From positions 4,799,343 through 4,863,342 of the forward strand of contig BFEA01000035.1 of assembly GCA_003427395.1 (NCBI GenBank): a stretch of 64,000 nt of DNA. Direction: 5' to 3'. Within the stretch, counting starts at the first letter, position 1. Each line of letters opens with the position of its first letter. The DNA comes from Chara braunii (taxonomy: Eukaryota; Plantae; Charophyceae). Shown in pieces: positions 1 through 11,603 of this stretch. A model generated the notes under the pieces. The model did not search any database. It saw nothing but the letters and a program-made list of their open reading frames with translations, and had not been told where the DNA came from. A program made the translations under genes and the position numbers.

Positions 1-524
1 ACGATATGAGTTTGGGATAGGAAAGCACTTAAAGCATCACAATGCCAACTAGTTGTTTTCCTATGGAGAGGAAATCATGAGTTTGATCATGTTATTAGTA
101 GGGTGTCGTGACAGTTAATGATACAACCTAAGTCTATGGGGATTATTGATCCCTCTTTTCACAACTTTGGCATTATCAATGAGAAAAGGTTAACCAACCC
201 CCCATTTTTCACCTCAATTTATAAGAAAACCATAAGGCCATCCCAAGCAGACTTCACACCAATCTATAGAGTGCACTTCTTACTAGCATATCATAAAAAA
301 AATACAAAAATAAATAAATTAAAAAGGACCGAAAAGTAGGGGTCCCCGTTAACCACTTGTGTTATCAATGCAATGAATCAAGCGTCTTTTATTTCATCTG
401 TAGACTATGTAGAGTAGGTTGACTTGGGAATAGATTAGGCGGCTAGCCTCGGTCCCATATGAAAGCATTGATCCTCTAATGTGGTTAGAAAATAGATCTT
501 GTTTTTTCCCCAAGAGATGGTCGC

Positions 525-1001
525 CTATGTAACACCCGCGGACGTGTCCGCGGGTCCAATCTCGGATGGCGGACGAAGACGGGTCCGCATCCGCGGCCTA
601 CCTGGTCTGCGTCGCGGACCCGATTTTACCAGAATTTTCCTGAATTAAATAATAGGCTAAAAAAAAAACAATAAATGAGGTTGTAGGAAATTTTAAGCCC
701 TACAACCCATTTTTTTTTTTTTGGAATCCGACTTTGTTTCGGATTTTTTAAAAATCAAAAACTAAATTCGATTTAAAAATATATATATATATATATATAA
801 AAGTTGATTTTTTTTTTTTTTCATTTTTTATCATCAGATATATGGTCCCTGAGGTCACCTGTATTTTTGGAAATGAATTTCTGTTTTTTGCAGGGGTATG
901 AGGTGTTTTAGAAAAATAAAGATACAAAATTTAAAAATAAATAAACAAAAAACTTGGAAAAAAAAAAAGGTTTGCTTGATTGATTGATTGATATTGATTG
1001 A

Positions 1002-1087
<86 letters not shown>

Positions 1088-1971
1088 NNNNNNNNNNNNN
1101 NNNNNNNNNNNNNNNNNNNNNNNNNNNNNNNNNNNNNNNNNNNNNNNNNNNNNNNNNNNNNNNNNNNNNNNNNNNNNNNNNNNNNNNNNNNNNNNNNNNN
1201 NNNNNNNNNNNNNNNNNNNNNNNNNNNNNNNNNNNNNNNNNNNNNNNNNNNNNNNNNNNNNNNNNNNNNNNNNNNNNNNNNNNNNNNNNNNNNNNNNNNN
1301 NNNNNNNNNNNNNNNNNNNNNNNNNNNNNNNNNNNNNNNNNNNNNNNNNNNNNNNNNNNNNNNNNNNNNNNNNNNNNNNNNNNNNNNNNNNNNNNNNNNN
1401 NNNNNNNNNNNNNNNNNNNNNNNNNNNNNNNNNNNNNNNNNNNNNNNNNNNNNNNNNNNNNNNNNNNNNNNNNNNNNNNNNNNNNNNNNNNNNNNNNNNN
1501 NNNNNNNNNNNNNNNNNNNNNNNNNNNNNNNNNNNNNNNNNNNNNNNNNNNNNNNNNNNNNNNNNNNNNNNNNNNNNNNNNNNNNNNNNNNNNNNNNNNN
1601 NNNNNNNNNNNNNNNNNNNNNNNNNNNNNNNNNNNNNNNNNNNNNNNNNNNNNNNNNNNNNNNNNNNNNNNNNNNNNNNNNNNNNNNNNNNNAAAAAAAA
1701 AAAAAAAACGCATTTTTTTTTTTTCCAATTTCGTTGTATTTCGCTCATACCCCCCCCACCAAAAATTCATCTTTTTCGTTTTTTTTTTTTGGGGGGGGGT
1801 GGGGCAGGGGATGCACCGCCACGTGGCGCTATCAGAATGGCGAAACCCCCTCCCCTGCGGCCGCCACGTGTCCGCCAAGCCGCACGTCCGCGCGGACACG
1901 TCCGCGGGCTTCGCAGACTGGCCGCGGCCGCGGATTGGCCGAGCTTGCCTGCCGCCGGGGGGAATACATAG
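525..1971. mobile_element. Non-autonomous hAT-like DNA transposon (contains an assembly gap)
   Basis: 8-bp TSD ATGGTCGC at 517-524 and 1972-1979; imperfect terminal inverted repeats (TIRs) CTATGTAACACCC / GGGGAATACATAG; subterminal CCGCGG-rich inverted repeats. Confidence 0.75.
977..1087. repeat. (GATT)n and (GT)n microsatellites next to an assembly gap
   Basis: Direct reading of the sequence. Confidence 0.95.
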
Positions 1972-3829
1972 ATGGTCGCATGAACCGTTTGATCAAGGAA
2001 CTACTGATAGGCAGGTGGCAATAATAGATTTACTCAAGGATCTCGTTTCGACCAATATCATAAGAATATGGCGCAAACTACCAATGAGAGATAAAAATTG
2101 TCCTGAAAGACGAGAGAAAGTTTATCAACCACCTTTTTTTGACAATCCTCTAATTAGAGATTATTAGGGGTATGTCATTCATTGTACAGACTCTCCTTGA
2201 AAAGGGTAGGTTAAAAATGATATTGTAAGGGTTAAGGATATATAAAATTGTGAGAGGGTCTCCTCATCGGATTTACGGTCTCGACTCAGATATTGCCATC
2301 ATTCTAAGGCTTTAAAGAGACCGATTGAACTTTTACCCTTGATTAGGTCTGTATTTAAAAAAAGGGGCCTAGTAAAGTTCTAACGGGCGATTGGATTACT
2401 ATTATACATGTCCGAAATAGTGTGGGTAATGTCATAGAGGTTTGTGAGAATGGTGAAGTTCTCCTCTCCATATATGAGTTAGTGTAGAATCATTGTGTAA
2501 TAATTAATGCCTAGGATAATCCTAGATGGGTAAGTAAGAATCTGGTTTTTAAAATAAGAGTGTTAAAGCAAAAGAATAAACGGGTGGCCTTCAAACCGAA
2601 CGTACTCATTAGTCATCTGGCCTTTGATCCGGCTAACTGGAAATGGTCTAGATCATTAGCAAGAGGTAAACATTCCTCAGTTGATCTTCATACTCTGTGT
2701 GTCCGAACAACGGGCAACGGGGACCGTTAAATTTCATTGATCCTTGTTGAATTGCCCCAGTGGCCCCGTCGAATCCCGTTGAACGGAAAAACGGGGGCCT
2801 CCCGTTAAATCCGAAAAAACAGGATGGGCGCGTTGGGCCTCGGACACGTGGCCCTATGCAGCCAAACACTAAAAACAGGAAAAAAAAAAAATTGACCACT
2901 ATTAACAGGGTGGGGTGACGAAAAATGCCCCTCCCTCCCGAAAATCAAACTGCAAGAGGGAAAAAAGTTGGGACCACCCCATCCCCCAACACTGTGAGCA
3001 CATGTGTGTGCGTGTGAGTGCATGTCCTTTTTTTTTTTTTTTTTTTTACAAATGCTCCAATTTATTTGTCCAGTCTCATTTTCGAAGGGGCCCTACGGAT
3101 TTGCAAGGACCCCTCGTGGAGCAGAGATGGACATTAGACTTGTAGACTGCCCGTGTGGGCCGATAATATATAGTCTGGATTCGAATTCAGGTTTGTGGCA
3201 CTCTGTGCATCACAATTATGGGTCACTAATTCTCTGTTTTCTCGTTTTTCTTTTGTTTCTCATTTGTCTTTTGTTTTCTCTTTTTTCTTTTGTTTTCTCA
3301 TTTTTCTTTTGTTTTTTCTCATTTTTCTTTTCTTAGGAATACTTGCAGTGACCCTTAGGGCCTCTACTCACCACATGCTGAAAGACCTTCCACGATTCAG
3401 AACCGAATTTCGCGTCTCAAGGTCAGAGGCCCTGGCCAATAAAGGGGCGAGTTAGTCAATTTCAGAAAGGTCATAGTCGGGTACCTTAGCAGTCCAGTCA
3501 AACAGGCACCCAGCAAACAGTCACATCTTAGGGGCAAAAATCACGTTTCATAATGAAAAGTCATATTGAAGAGTCACATCCCACGAGTAAAGGGCAGTTC
3601 CACAGGCCAGATTCGTGTCCTAGTGGCGGAAGTCACAGTCCACAGTCAAAATCATATGCAAAATCGAAAAGTCATGACTCAAAGGCCCAAGCAGCAACAG
3701 ACCAATGGAAAGTCGGGAAGGTTCCAGGCCTTGACATTTGAAAGCAGACAGGTCGTGGCGCTCTACTCACCACATGCGTAAAAGACAAGACATATGGCGG
3801 CGTATTATTCCACGTTCTAGCGTAAGATC

Positions 3830-4160
3830 CTTTTTTTTTTTTTTTGAACGCCCAGGGTGTTGTAGAGGCCAGGGAGCAGACCCGCGGTGATTGCTGGTAG
3901 CAGCAGTCAATGGTTGTCCTGACAGGACATGCCACCTACCCCACCCATCCCCACGTTAATACTCCCAGCACACCCCCTGTCCCTACTATCCTACCTCAAT
4001 GTGACCAGCACTTGGGACCATCACCCTACCATTATTGAGGGCAACTTGGACCAGACAGCAGTGACAAGCACCAATGCTGGGCCAACCTCCCAGCCCTAAT
4101 GGAAGCGGAAGCAGACGAACCTTGCCGTACGGGAACTTCGGACGCCAGGCTCATGCAATT
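3830..4160 (-). repeat. Dispersed repeat, probable retroelement 3' end (second copy ~63480-63780)
   Basis: Follows a poly(T) tract; shares TTGGACCAGACAG..GCACCAA..GGAAGCGGAA..GTACGGGAACTTC.GACGC.AGGC with 63670-63775. Confidence 0.65.
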
Positions 4161-4456
4161 TTCTACAGGCCCAATTCAGATAGTCTACCCAGCAAAATTA
4201 CCTAAGCAAGGCAGGCCAACGCCCACGAACACATCCTACCGTCCTTCCCCTAGCTTACCCAAGGCTAGGCGGAACTCAAACTAGCCGGAGCGACTTACAT
4301 CCCTACCCTACCCTAGAGCTAAGCCATGCATGTGTAGACCCTGGCATGCACATTTGGTGAGTACTGCAGCCAAACCCTGAGAAATCTGCCCACACAGCCC
4401 CCAGCCCCCAGCCCCCACCCCCCAAAATCTGCCCCCACATCCCCCACCGCCCCCAG

Positions 4457-4497
4457 TTGTGTGTTTTTTCGCAGTGTGTGTTTGTGTGTATTGTGTG

Positions 4498-4534
<37 letters not shown>

Positions 4535-4655
4535 TATGTGTGTTTGTGTGTGTTTGTGTGTGTTCGTGTGTGTTGTGTGTCTGTGTGTGTGTGTTTTATG
4601 TGTTTGTCTGTGTTGTGTGTCTGTTTGACTGTGTCTGTGTGTGTGTGTGTGTGCG
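4457..4655. repeat. Degenerate (GT)n microsatellite
   Basis: Direct reading of the sequence. Confidence 0.95.
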
Positions 4656-5134
4656 TCTTTTTTTTCTTTTTTTTATTTGTTTTTTATGGTTTTGATTTTT
4701 TTTAAATACACGAAGTTAAAAAAAAAACAAAAAGAATGTGTTGTTGTACACGTTTGAAAGATCTACAACCTTTTTTTTTTTTCTTTTTAGCCCTTAAAAA
4801 ATCTCTGTAAAACCACAAAAAAAAACACTCATTTTATTTTTTGTTTTTGTTTTTTTCAGAGCTGTTCATGTTTTTGATTTTTTAAAAATATACTCAAACA
4901 TCAAAAAATAAAAATAAAAATATAAGGTTATAGTCCTCAAAAAGGTCTCCAACCCNNNNNNNNNNNNNNNNNNNNNNNNNNNNNNNNNNNNNNNNNNNNN
5001 NNNNNNNNNNGTTTAGACCAGGAAAAAAATCATTGCGGACCCCGTTTATTTGCCTCTAACGCACATTTAAACGGGATTCGACGTGAATTCAACGCGCGTT
5101 GAATAATTCATCGCGGAACCGCGTTGAGTCAAAA

Positions 5135-6280
5135 ATCGGACACATAGTTCAAACTTTGTCTGTCAAGTCCACGTATCGTATGCTTCGTCCTAGGATTAAT
5201 TTAAGAGACAAGTTGGAAGAAAGATGGATGAAACATCTTAATGTTAGTAAACAGTCGTTTAGGAAGGTTAAGTGGTCTAGAATGATCAAGGACAAACTAG
5301 CTAATGTTACTTCTTTGCAATGGCAAATAAAACATAGATGCCTTCCTACTAATGATTGGCTTATAAACACGACTTTATTGGAATAGAGGGGGTTGGCGTT
5401 CCCATGGTGTAAATTTTGTAAGACAATTTTTTTGTCTAGGCTAATCCCAAAGATATTGGGCATATATTCCTACAGTGCCCAGGGGCAATTTGGCTCTGGA
5501 GATGGTGGGATCATATTTCGTCTAACCTTGGAACTGCAATTCAGTGGTCATGGGATTGGAAGACTCTTTGTCTGGAATCTTGGATTCCAGAGGACATTGA
5601 TGAGTTCTCACAAAATTTGTTCGTTACTGGAAGAAGGGTTGTTATATGAGCTATCTGGGTCAGAAGGTGTACCTATGAGATGGAGGGAGCTAGGCTGGAA
5701 GACCCAGATTACACCAATTCTATTAAGCAACAAATATAAAATTTAATGCAAATTGCCACTAAATGGGAGAGAGTTAAAGAAAAAATACAAATTTTGGCCT
5801 CCAAAAAAGAAATACTTCAACACATAAAACAATTCAATCAATGCTGGGTGGGGGGAACCCAAAGGGGAAAGTTAGGGCAGGCTAAGTGGGAAGGGGCAGG
5901 GAGACTGGATGAGGAAGAAGGGTTCAGGGATTATCGACTGGTAACGAGTGGACATGGATTGACAATACATTACCGTTACGTCCCCTACCTGAATTCCCAG
6001 ATCCCTTTCCTTCCCATAAGTTGAGCATGGTTCCAAGAGCACGGTTTGGTTATGAGTAAGAGTAAGTAAGAAAGATGTTCATTTCAATTCATTAGGTTTG
6101 CAGGATGTAGGATACCAGGGCTTCATTATTTGATCTGGCGCCCACTTAATGGGTGAGTCCATTGCAATCTTATATAGACTCAATCATTCCTTGTTCTTGG
6201 TCTGAGGCTATACGTCTCAATGCGGATCCAATGTTGTCTGATGGGACGCTGGACCCCTTCTCCAGCAGGTGATGCTCCCT
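5135..6280 (+). mobile_element. 5'-truncated decayed L1-clade LINE (ORF2 C-terminus, zf-RVT region, 3' UTR)
   Basis: SVKSTYRML...SLQWQIKHRCLPTNDWL...CKFC matches the LINE ORF2 C-terminal region; the shared 3' hairpin motif lies at 6243-6277. Confidence 0.75.
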
Positions 6281-6412
6281 GTTTTCCTGACTGCACAAAA
6301 GTTGGCCCTTCTGCAAGTTTGCGGGCATATTTGTCCCAATTCGGGGGCTGGCCAGTATATACTTGCAATGATATGTCTCCAAACCGGCAGTCACGGTTAG
6401 GGGGCTCTACAC

Positions 6413-6463
6413 ACTGTCGAGGGTTCAGCCTCCGGATGAGTCCGTGAAGGTCCAATGGAACAG
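6413..6463 (+). ncRNA. Degenerate type III hammerhead ribozyme (copy 1)
   Basis: CTGTC|GAGG-gttcag-CCTC-CgGATGA-stem II-GgAACAG: intact GUC triplet and stem I, mutated core; homologous to 8171-8221. Confidence 0.6.
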
Positions 6464-6468
6464 CACGG

Positions 6469-6471
<3 letters not shown>

Positions 6472-6532
<61 letters not shown>
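6472..6532. repeat. (CT)n microsatellite next to a gap
   Basis: Direct reading of the sequence. Confidence 0.95.
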
Positions 6533-8009
6533 NNNNNNNNNNNNNNNNNNNNNNNNNNNNNNNNNNNNNNNNNNNNNNNNNNNNNNNNNNNNNNNNNNNN
6601 NNNNNNNNNNNNNNNNNNNNNNNNNNNNNNNNNNNNNNNNNNNNNNNNNNNNNNNNNNNNNNNNNNNNNNNNNNNNNNNNNNNNNNNNNNNNNNNNNNNN
6701 NNNNNNNNNNNNNNNNNNNNNNNNNNNNNNNNNNNNNNNNNNNNNNNNNNNNNNNNNNNNNNNNNNNNNNNNNNNNNNNNNNNNNNNNNNNNNNNNNNNN
6801 NNNNNNNNNNNNNNNNNNNNNNNNNNNNNNNNNNNNNNNNNNNNNNNNNNNNNNNNNNNNNNNNNNNNNNNNNNNNNNNNNNNNNNNNNNNNNNNNNNNN
6901 NNNNNNNNNNNNATATCGATCTCACAATGCCAAGATACATCTCCAGAGGTAGATGAAGTCAGATCCCAAAAGTAGTCCTCAACCTGAAGTCTCAATGTTG
7001 CTATCTCCAATGTCACCAGAACTCATAACCATCCCTCATACTGGTAGTAACCCAAGAAGTAGACTTAGACTTAGAAGGCAGGAGGAGAGAGAGAGAAAGA
7101 GCGGAGGAGGAGAGAAGGAAGAGGGAGGAAAGGCGAGGCCTTTCTCCCTGATACCTAAATGGCCGCGCTGTCCTTGCCTATGTCCGCTGAGGCGGAGCCT
7201 GGCGATGCAGCTATGGCGCTGCAGTGCTGGGTGCTGGGCTGCGGGCTGACCTAGAGGGCCGGCGCTGCTGCACTAATCCTTCTCCCTGCTGCGATAATTC
7301 TCCTCGCCACCCCGCTATGCTAAATGAAACGCTGTACTAACCTAACCTACTGAGGCTGGTACCCAGCTGATATAGCGCTGGGGCCGGCCTCAATGCTGCT
7401 GGTACCTTCGGGTCTGGACCATTGATCCGCCCCAACAGTTCAGATCCGAAACCGAAATCTGAAAGTGGCGCCTAAACCTGGCTGCCTTCAAAACTGCGCC
7501 ACCGGGAGGTCCTAGAGTTGGACCGGTACCGGCCTGGCCCGTTGGCCTGCTCGGCCTCTGGGCCTACCTATGGGTCTGAACCGACGTGACCCCTGACCCT
7601 AGGCCTAAACTAGCCTAACTACGGGACCGGGCCCTAACTGGGGCCTGCGTGGTGTCAGAATGCCACACACACACACACACAAACACACACACTCTCTGCG
7701 CAGGTTCCGTGTTATGATGGCCAGAATGCCCTCTCAGACTGGAACTTCAAGATGTTTCTGGACGTAGGACAAGCCAGATGCGTTTTGATTTACGAGTAGA
7801 TTCTGACAGGGTCATTCGGGAAGTCATCCGAGAGGGGACTGGACCAAATTCGCTCTGAGCTGAATGCAGAAATGCGTAGTTTGCACTCTATGGATTGTGC
7901 CACGTGATCGTTGCTGGTGACACGTGGAGAACCATCTGCCACATCAGCTTCTCTGCGACAAGATGGCCATAATCGGAGGAGATCTTTCTGTTTTTCGCTG
8001 TTGTTTTCT

Positions 8010-8048
8010 AATTTTGACCATTTCTCGATTTATGCGCGTTATCCTTGC
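8010..8048 (-). pseudogene. U6: U6 snRNA 3' fragment (retrocopy)
   Basis: Reverse complement GCAAGGATAACGCGCATAAATCGAGAAATGGTCAAAATT matches the plant-type U6 3' end. Confidence 0.8.
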
Positions 8049-8170
8049 ATGCGCAAAGACCATTAACAGTCTGTAGAGTTTTCCATCTGGTGTGGGTGAG
8101 TGATAGTCTACTTTGATTTTGGTTAAGGTAGATTATCATTTACAGTGTAATCAGTGAGGGGATTCTGCAG

Positions 8171-8221
8171 ACTGTTAGGGTTCAGCCTCCTGATGAGTCG
8201 GTGAAACTCCGACGAAACAGT
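8171..8221 (+). ncRNA. Type III hammerhead ribozyme (copy 2)
   Basis: ACTGT..AGG-gttcag-CCTC-CTGATGA-GTCGG-tgaaact-CCGAC-GAAACAGT: full catalytic core with stems II and III; the cleavage-triplet/stem I junction is mutated. Confidence 0.8.
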
Positions 8222-8336
8222 TTGTCACAGCCCCTCGTTTGTTGTCCTCTTCTCCCTCTCTGCCTACGGTTTACCGGGCAGTTCTATTTGACGATATATA
8301 TATTTTTTTTCACCCTCTCTTATACCCCTCCTTCCT

Positions 8337-8423
8337 TTTATGCGTGTCATCCTTGCGCAGGGGCCATGCTAATCTTCTCTGTGTCGTTCCAATCTCAAGT
8401 TTTTAATGGATGTCCCGCAGGAC
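8337..8423 (-). pseudogene. U6: Near full-length U6 snRNA pseudogene, 3' truncated
   Basis: Reverse complement has the 5' stem-loop GTCCTGCGGGAC and TTGGAACGACACAGAGAAGATTAGCATGGCCCCTGCGCAAGGATGACACGCATAAA (ACAGAGA box, ISL); no upstream TATA seen. Confidence 0.9.
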
Positions 8424-8459
8424 AGTGGACACCTCTCTACCTTTCTCTTCATCGCTGAC

Positions 8460-8569
8460 ATTTGGACCATTTCTTCTTCTTTTTTTTTTTTTCTTTTTTT
8501 TTTTTTTGTGTGTGTGTTGGACCATTTCTCGATTTATGCGTGCCATCCTTACTTGCGCAGGGGTCATGA
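8460..8569 (-). pseudogene. U6: U6 snRNA 3' fragment interrupted by a short (CA)n-poly(A) insertion
   Basis: U6 match at 8517-8569; TTGGACCATTTCT is duplicated at 8462-8474 and 8517-8529 around a T-rich insert. Confidence 0.8.
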
Positions 8570-8789
8570 CATTTTCATGAATGTTCCGAAGCCTCCACGT
8601 GCCATCACGACGTTTCACTGACATTCCAAGGAGATTTATTTTCGCCGGAAATGCTGAGGGCATCTTCAGTGTAGGACTTTTTTTTTTTTTTTCTCGGTGG
8701 GACTTTTTCGACTCAGCTCCGGACGCGATTGCCGTCAGATGCATGAAGGGGCGGTCGTAATTTCGGTCAGACACATTTTGAAATGCGCT

Positions 8790-11116
8790 ACTAATGTGAG
8801 TATGCCTTGATTTTGAAGCCGGGGGTCAATCGTAACGACCTGACTGTTGTAAAGAGATTCAGAGTCTTTTCAGACATATTACGCGCGATCCTCCTCCCCC
8901 CCCCCCCCCCCCAACAAAAAAAAAGCAGAGAGACTGTTTCAAATTTAATCATTTCTCCAGCATAAAAAGAAGGCCACCAACTTGGACGAAGGCCATCCTG
9001 AGACCGTACTCACAGTATCACTTTCCTGGATGTATCTGACCAGGATCACCACTCCCAACTCACGTATCTGACCGCAATTATGATCAGAGCTGAGGCAAAA
9101 ATGTCCTAGTGTGAGTACGCCCTGAAAAGGTAATCTCACACTCGACAGAGGAATTGAAAAAAAAAACGCCGCGAGCTTTCTTGCTTCAATAATAATTATT
9201 ATGGTGAGCCTGCTTGGTCTAATGACTTACTTTATATTTTTCCAGCAAAAAATCACAAACCGTTTTATGACTTCTCCATCCTCTAAGAGCGTACTCACAC
9301 AGCGGTGGCAGTCTAGCAAAATCTGCTGAATTTTCTTTCCCATGTTTGCTGAAATCATACCCCGCCCCCTCACACATGGGTTGCAAACCAGATCCGGCAA
9401 TTACAAAATTGGTGCCTCGCATGGTCACAAAGAGAGGAAATTTTCTTTTACGAATTCCCAAAAGGCGAAAGAGAATTTGCCACCACCTCTCGAGGAGGTA
9501 GCAAAATGCCCATCCCTGCCGTCCCCCAGGCTGCTGACAAATGCTACCCCCTTTGCAATTTTCGTGGTCCCAAAACCCTAGTGTGACTGACTCTCACAGC
9601 ATAGCAGATTTTGCGATTTAGCAAAAAAAACCGCTAGTGTCAGGGCATACTCACACTACCGTTTTTTTTTGCTAAATGGCAAAATCTGCTATGCTGTTAG
9701 AGTCACACTAGGGTTTTCCGACCACCAAAATTGCAAACGGGGTAGCATTTGTCAGCGGCCTGGGCATTTTGCCACCACCTCGAGAGGTGGTGGCAAATTT
9801 TCTTTTGGCTGTCGCAAATTCTCTTTAGCCTTTTGGGAATTGTTAAAAATAAAATTCCGCGCTTTGTGACCATGATAGGCAGCAATTCTGCAATTGCCAG
9901 AGAGTCCCGCTCGTGTCCTTTGTGATTTGCAACCCATGTGTGACCGGGCGGGGTACTATTTCAGCAAACACGGGAAAGAAAATTCAGCAGATTTTGCTAG
10001 ATTGCCACCGCTGTGTGAGTACGCCCTGAGTATGCCCTAAGAGCGTAATCACACAAGGGTGCCATAGCAGCAAAATCTGTTCTACCCCCTTTGCAATATC
10101 CGTGGTCGGAAAACCCTAGTGTTACTCTCACAGCATAGCAGATTTTGCAATTTAGCCAAAAAAAACGCTAGTGTGAGTATGCCCTAAGAACCAGATCCCA
10201 CCTCTATTCTTTTTGGCGAGAAACGGCCTTTTTTGGGATCCCACCTCTTTCCACGTGAGGCGGAGAGGGCCCTCTTTTCTCGCGGATGTGGAAACGGAAG
10301 TGGACGTGTCGAGCCGGCCGCGTTTGCAGGCCAGAAAGTTCTTTTGAAAACGCAAAGGAAGACGACCCCGTCTTTTCCCAGAAAAAGAAGGCGGGGTTTT
10401 CCTTTTCCTTTTTTTTTTTTTGTACATGTCCGCAAGAGGCACTTGGAACGTCCGCAGGCCGCACAACACCCGACCAATTGTCCGGGTGGACCGACTTCGG
10501 GAAGTAGGTCTCTTGTCACGCCCACAGATTTCCGACGCGAATCCTGAAAAAGAACCCAATATCGTGGACTGGTGGGATCCCATTTCTCTTTTACGGTCCG
10601 GCCGGGACGGGCCCTACAAAACCGTTCTTTTTCGTGTCTTTCCAAAAAGAATTGAGGTGGGATCTGAAAAAGAACCGAATATCATGGACTGGCGACACAG
10701 CGGTGCCATTGCTATCCCGATTTTGCTGAGATGACACCCCGCCCAGTCACATAGCGGCATCAAATCACAAAAGACACGAGCCCGACTTTCTGGCAATTGC
10801 CAAAATGGAGCCTCGCGTGGTCACACAGCACGAGGCCCAAATCCTTCAACTTTTTCTTTTTCTTTCAACAAAGTTCGTTTCGAATTTCCTTTCATGAACT
10901 CTGGAACTGAAAACAAAAAAAAAAATTGCTACCACCTCCACAGGTGGTAGCAAAATGCCAAAATGCCCTTCCCCTCCTTGGCCCGGCCAAGCCGCTGACA
11001 TTTGATACCGCGTTTGCTGCTTTCGCCACTTTCCCCGCCTCGTGCGACTGGCCCAACCATCAAATTCTTGAAACCCTCAAATTTTTAGCCTTAAAGGCCC
11101 TAGAGTGAGTAGGCCC
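8790..11116. mobile_element. Cluster of nested PIF/Harbinger-like MITEs (TIR G(G/A)GCGTACTCACAC), including a ~740-bp foldback at 9287-10026
   Basis: Repeated TIR GGGCRTACTCACAC / GTGTGAGTAYGCCC with TAA/TGA 3-bp flanks (e.g. 10041-10184 flanked by TAA); long inverted arms at 9287-9640 and 9660-10026. Confidence 0.75.
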
Positions 11117-11174
11117 TAAGTGATGCCACCTGTCGGCAGATATGCTTTCATGTGCTCCACAGTCCTTTTCTTTC

Positions 11175-11603
11175 TTTCTTTCTGTTCCCCCCTGGGCCCC
11201 CCCTCGGGCGTGGCCGGAAGCATCTCGGCTGTTGTCAGGGCCCGAGTCTCAAATGCAGTTGAAACTCGGCTTTGCAGTTGAGTCAGGCATGTGGTCCGGG
11301 TTTTTGGAGGAGGGGGCGTGGCCGAGGCATTTTGGCCATGGCCCAGCCACAGGATGCGATGCTCTCTTTTTTTTTCCTTTTTTTTCTGGGGGTGGCCAGG
11401 GCATTTTGGCCGTGGCCCAGCCACATGACGAGATGCTCTTTTATCTTTTTTTTCTTTTATATCTCTTCGTGTTGATCAGACACAGCCGAGATGCTTCGGC
11501 CACGCCCGAGGGGGGTCCCAGGGGGGAACAAAATGAAAGAGCCTCTCGTCCCGTGGCCCCCGAGATGGCTCGGCCACGCTCCAAGATATTGAAAAAAAAG
11601 CCA
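11175..11603. repeat. Foldback/MITE-like element that is the insertion target of LINE A (continues at 19811-19830)
   Basis: Inverted repeats 11175-11232 / 11482-11540. Joining 11568-11603 to 19811-19830 reconstitutes an inverted copy of 11273-11324. Confidence 0.7.

Larger units (their letters stand above)
1..2600 (-). pseudogene. Highly decayed non-LTR (L1-like) reverse transcriptase fragment, interrupted by a hAT-like element
   Basis: Minus strand near 2235-2275 translates IR*GDPLTILYIL (RT motif RQGDPLS..LFIL). Joining across the 525-1971 insertion gives ATISWGKNKIYF (similar to the iNw.KS motif). Boundaries are approximate. Confidence 0.4.

Noticed and set aside
855-2167. Long ORFs spanning N runs (also 6180-7016, 46752-47318, 62476-63516)
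   Set aside because: Artefacts of assembly gaps and microsatellites.
8337-8423. Functional U6 gene
   Set aside because: The 3' end is missing, there is an insertion in the 5' region, and there is no upstream TATA.
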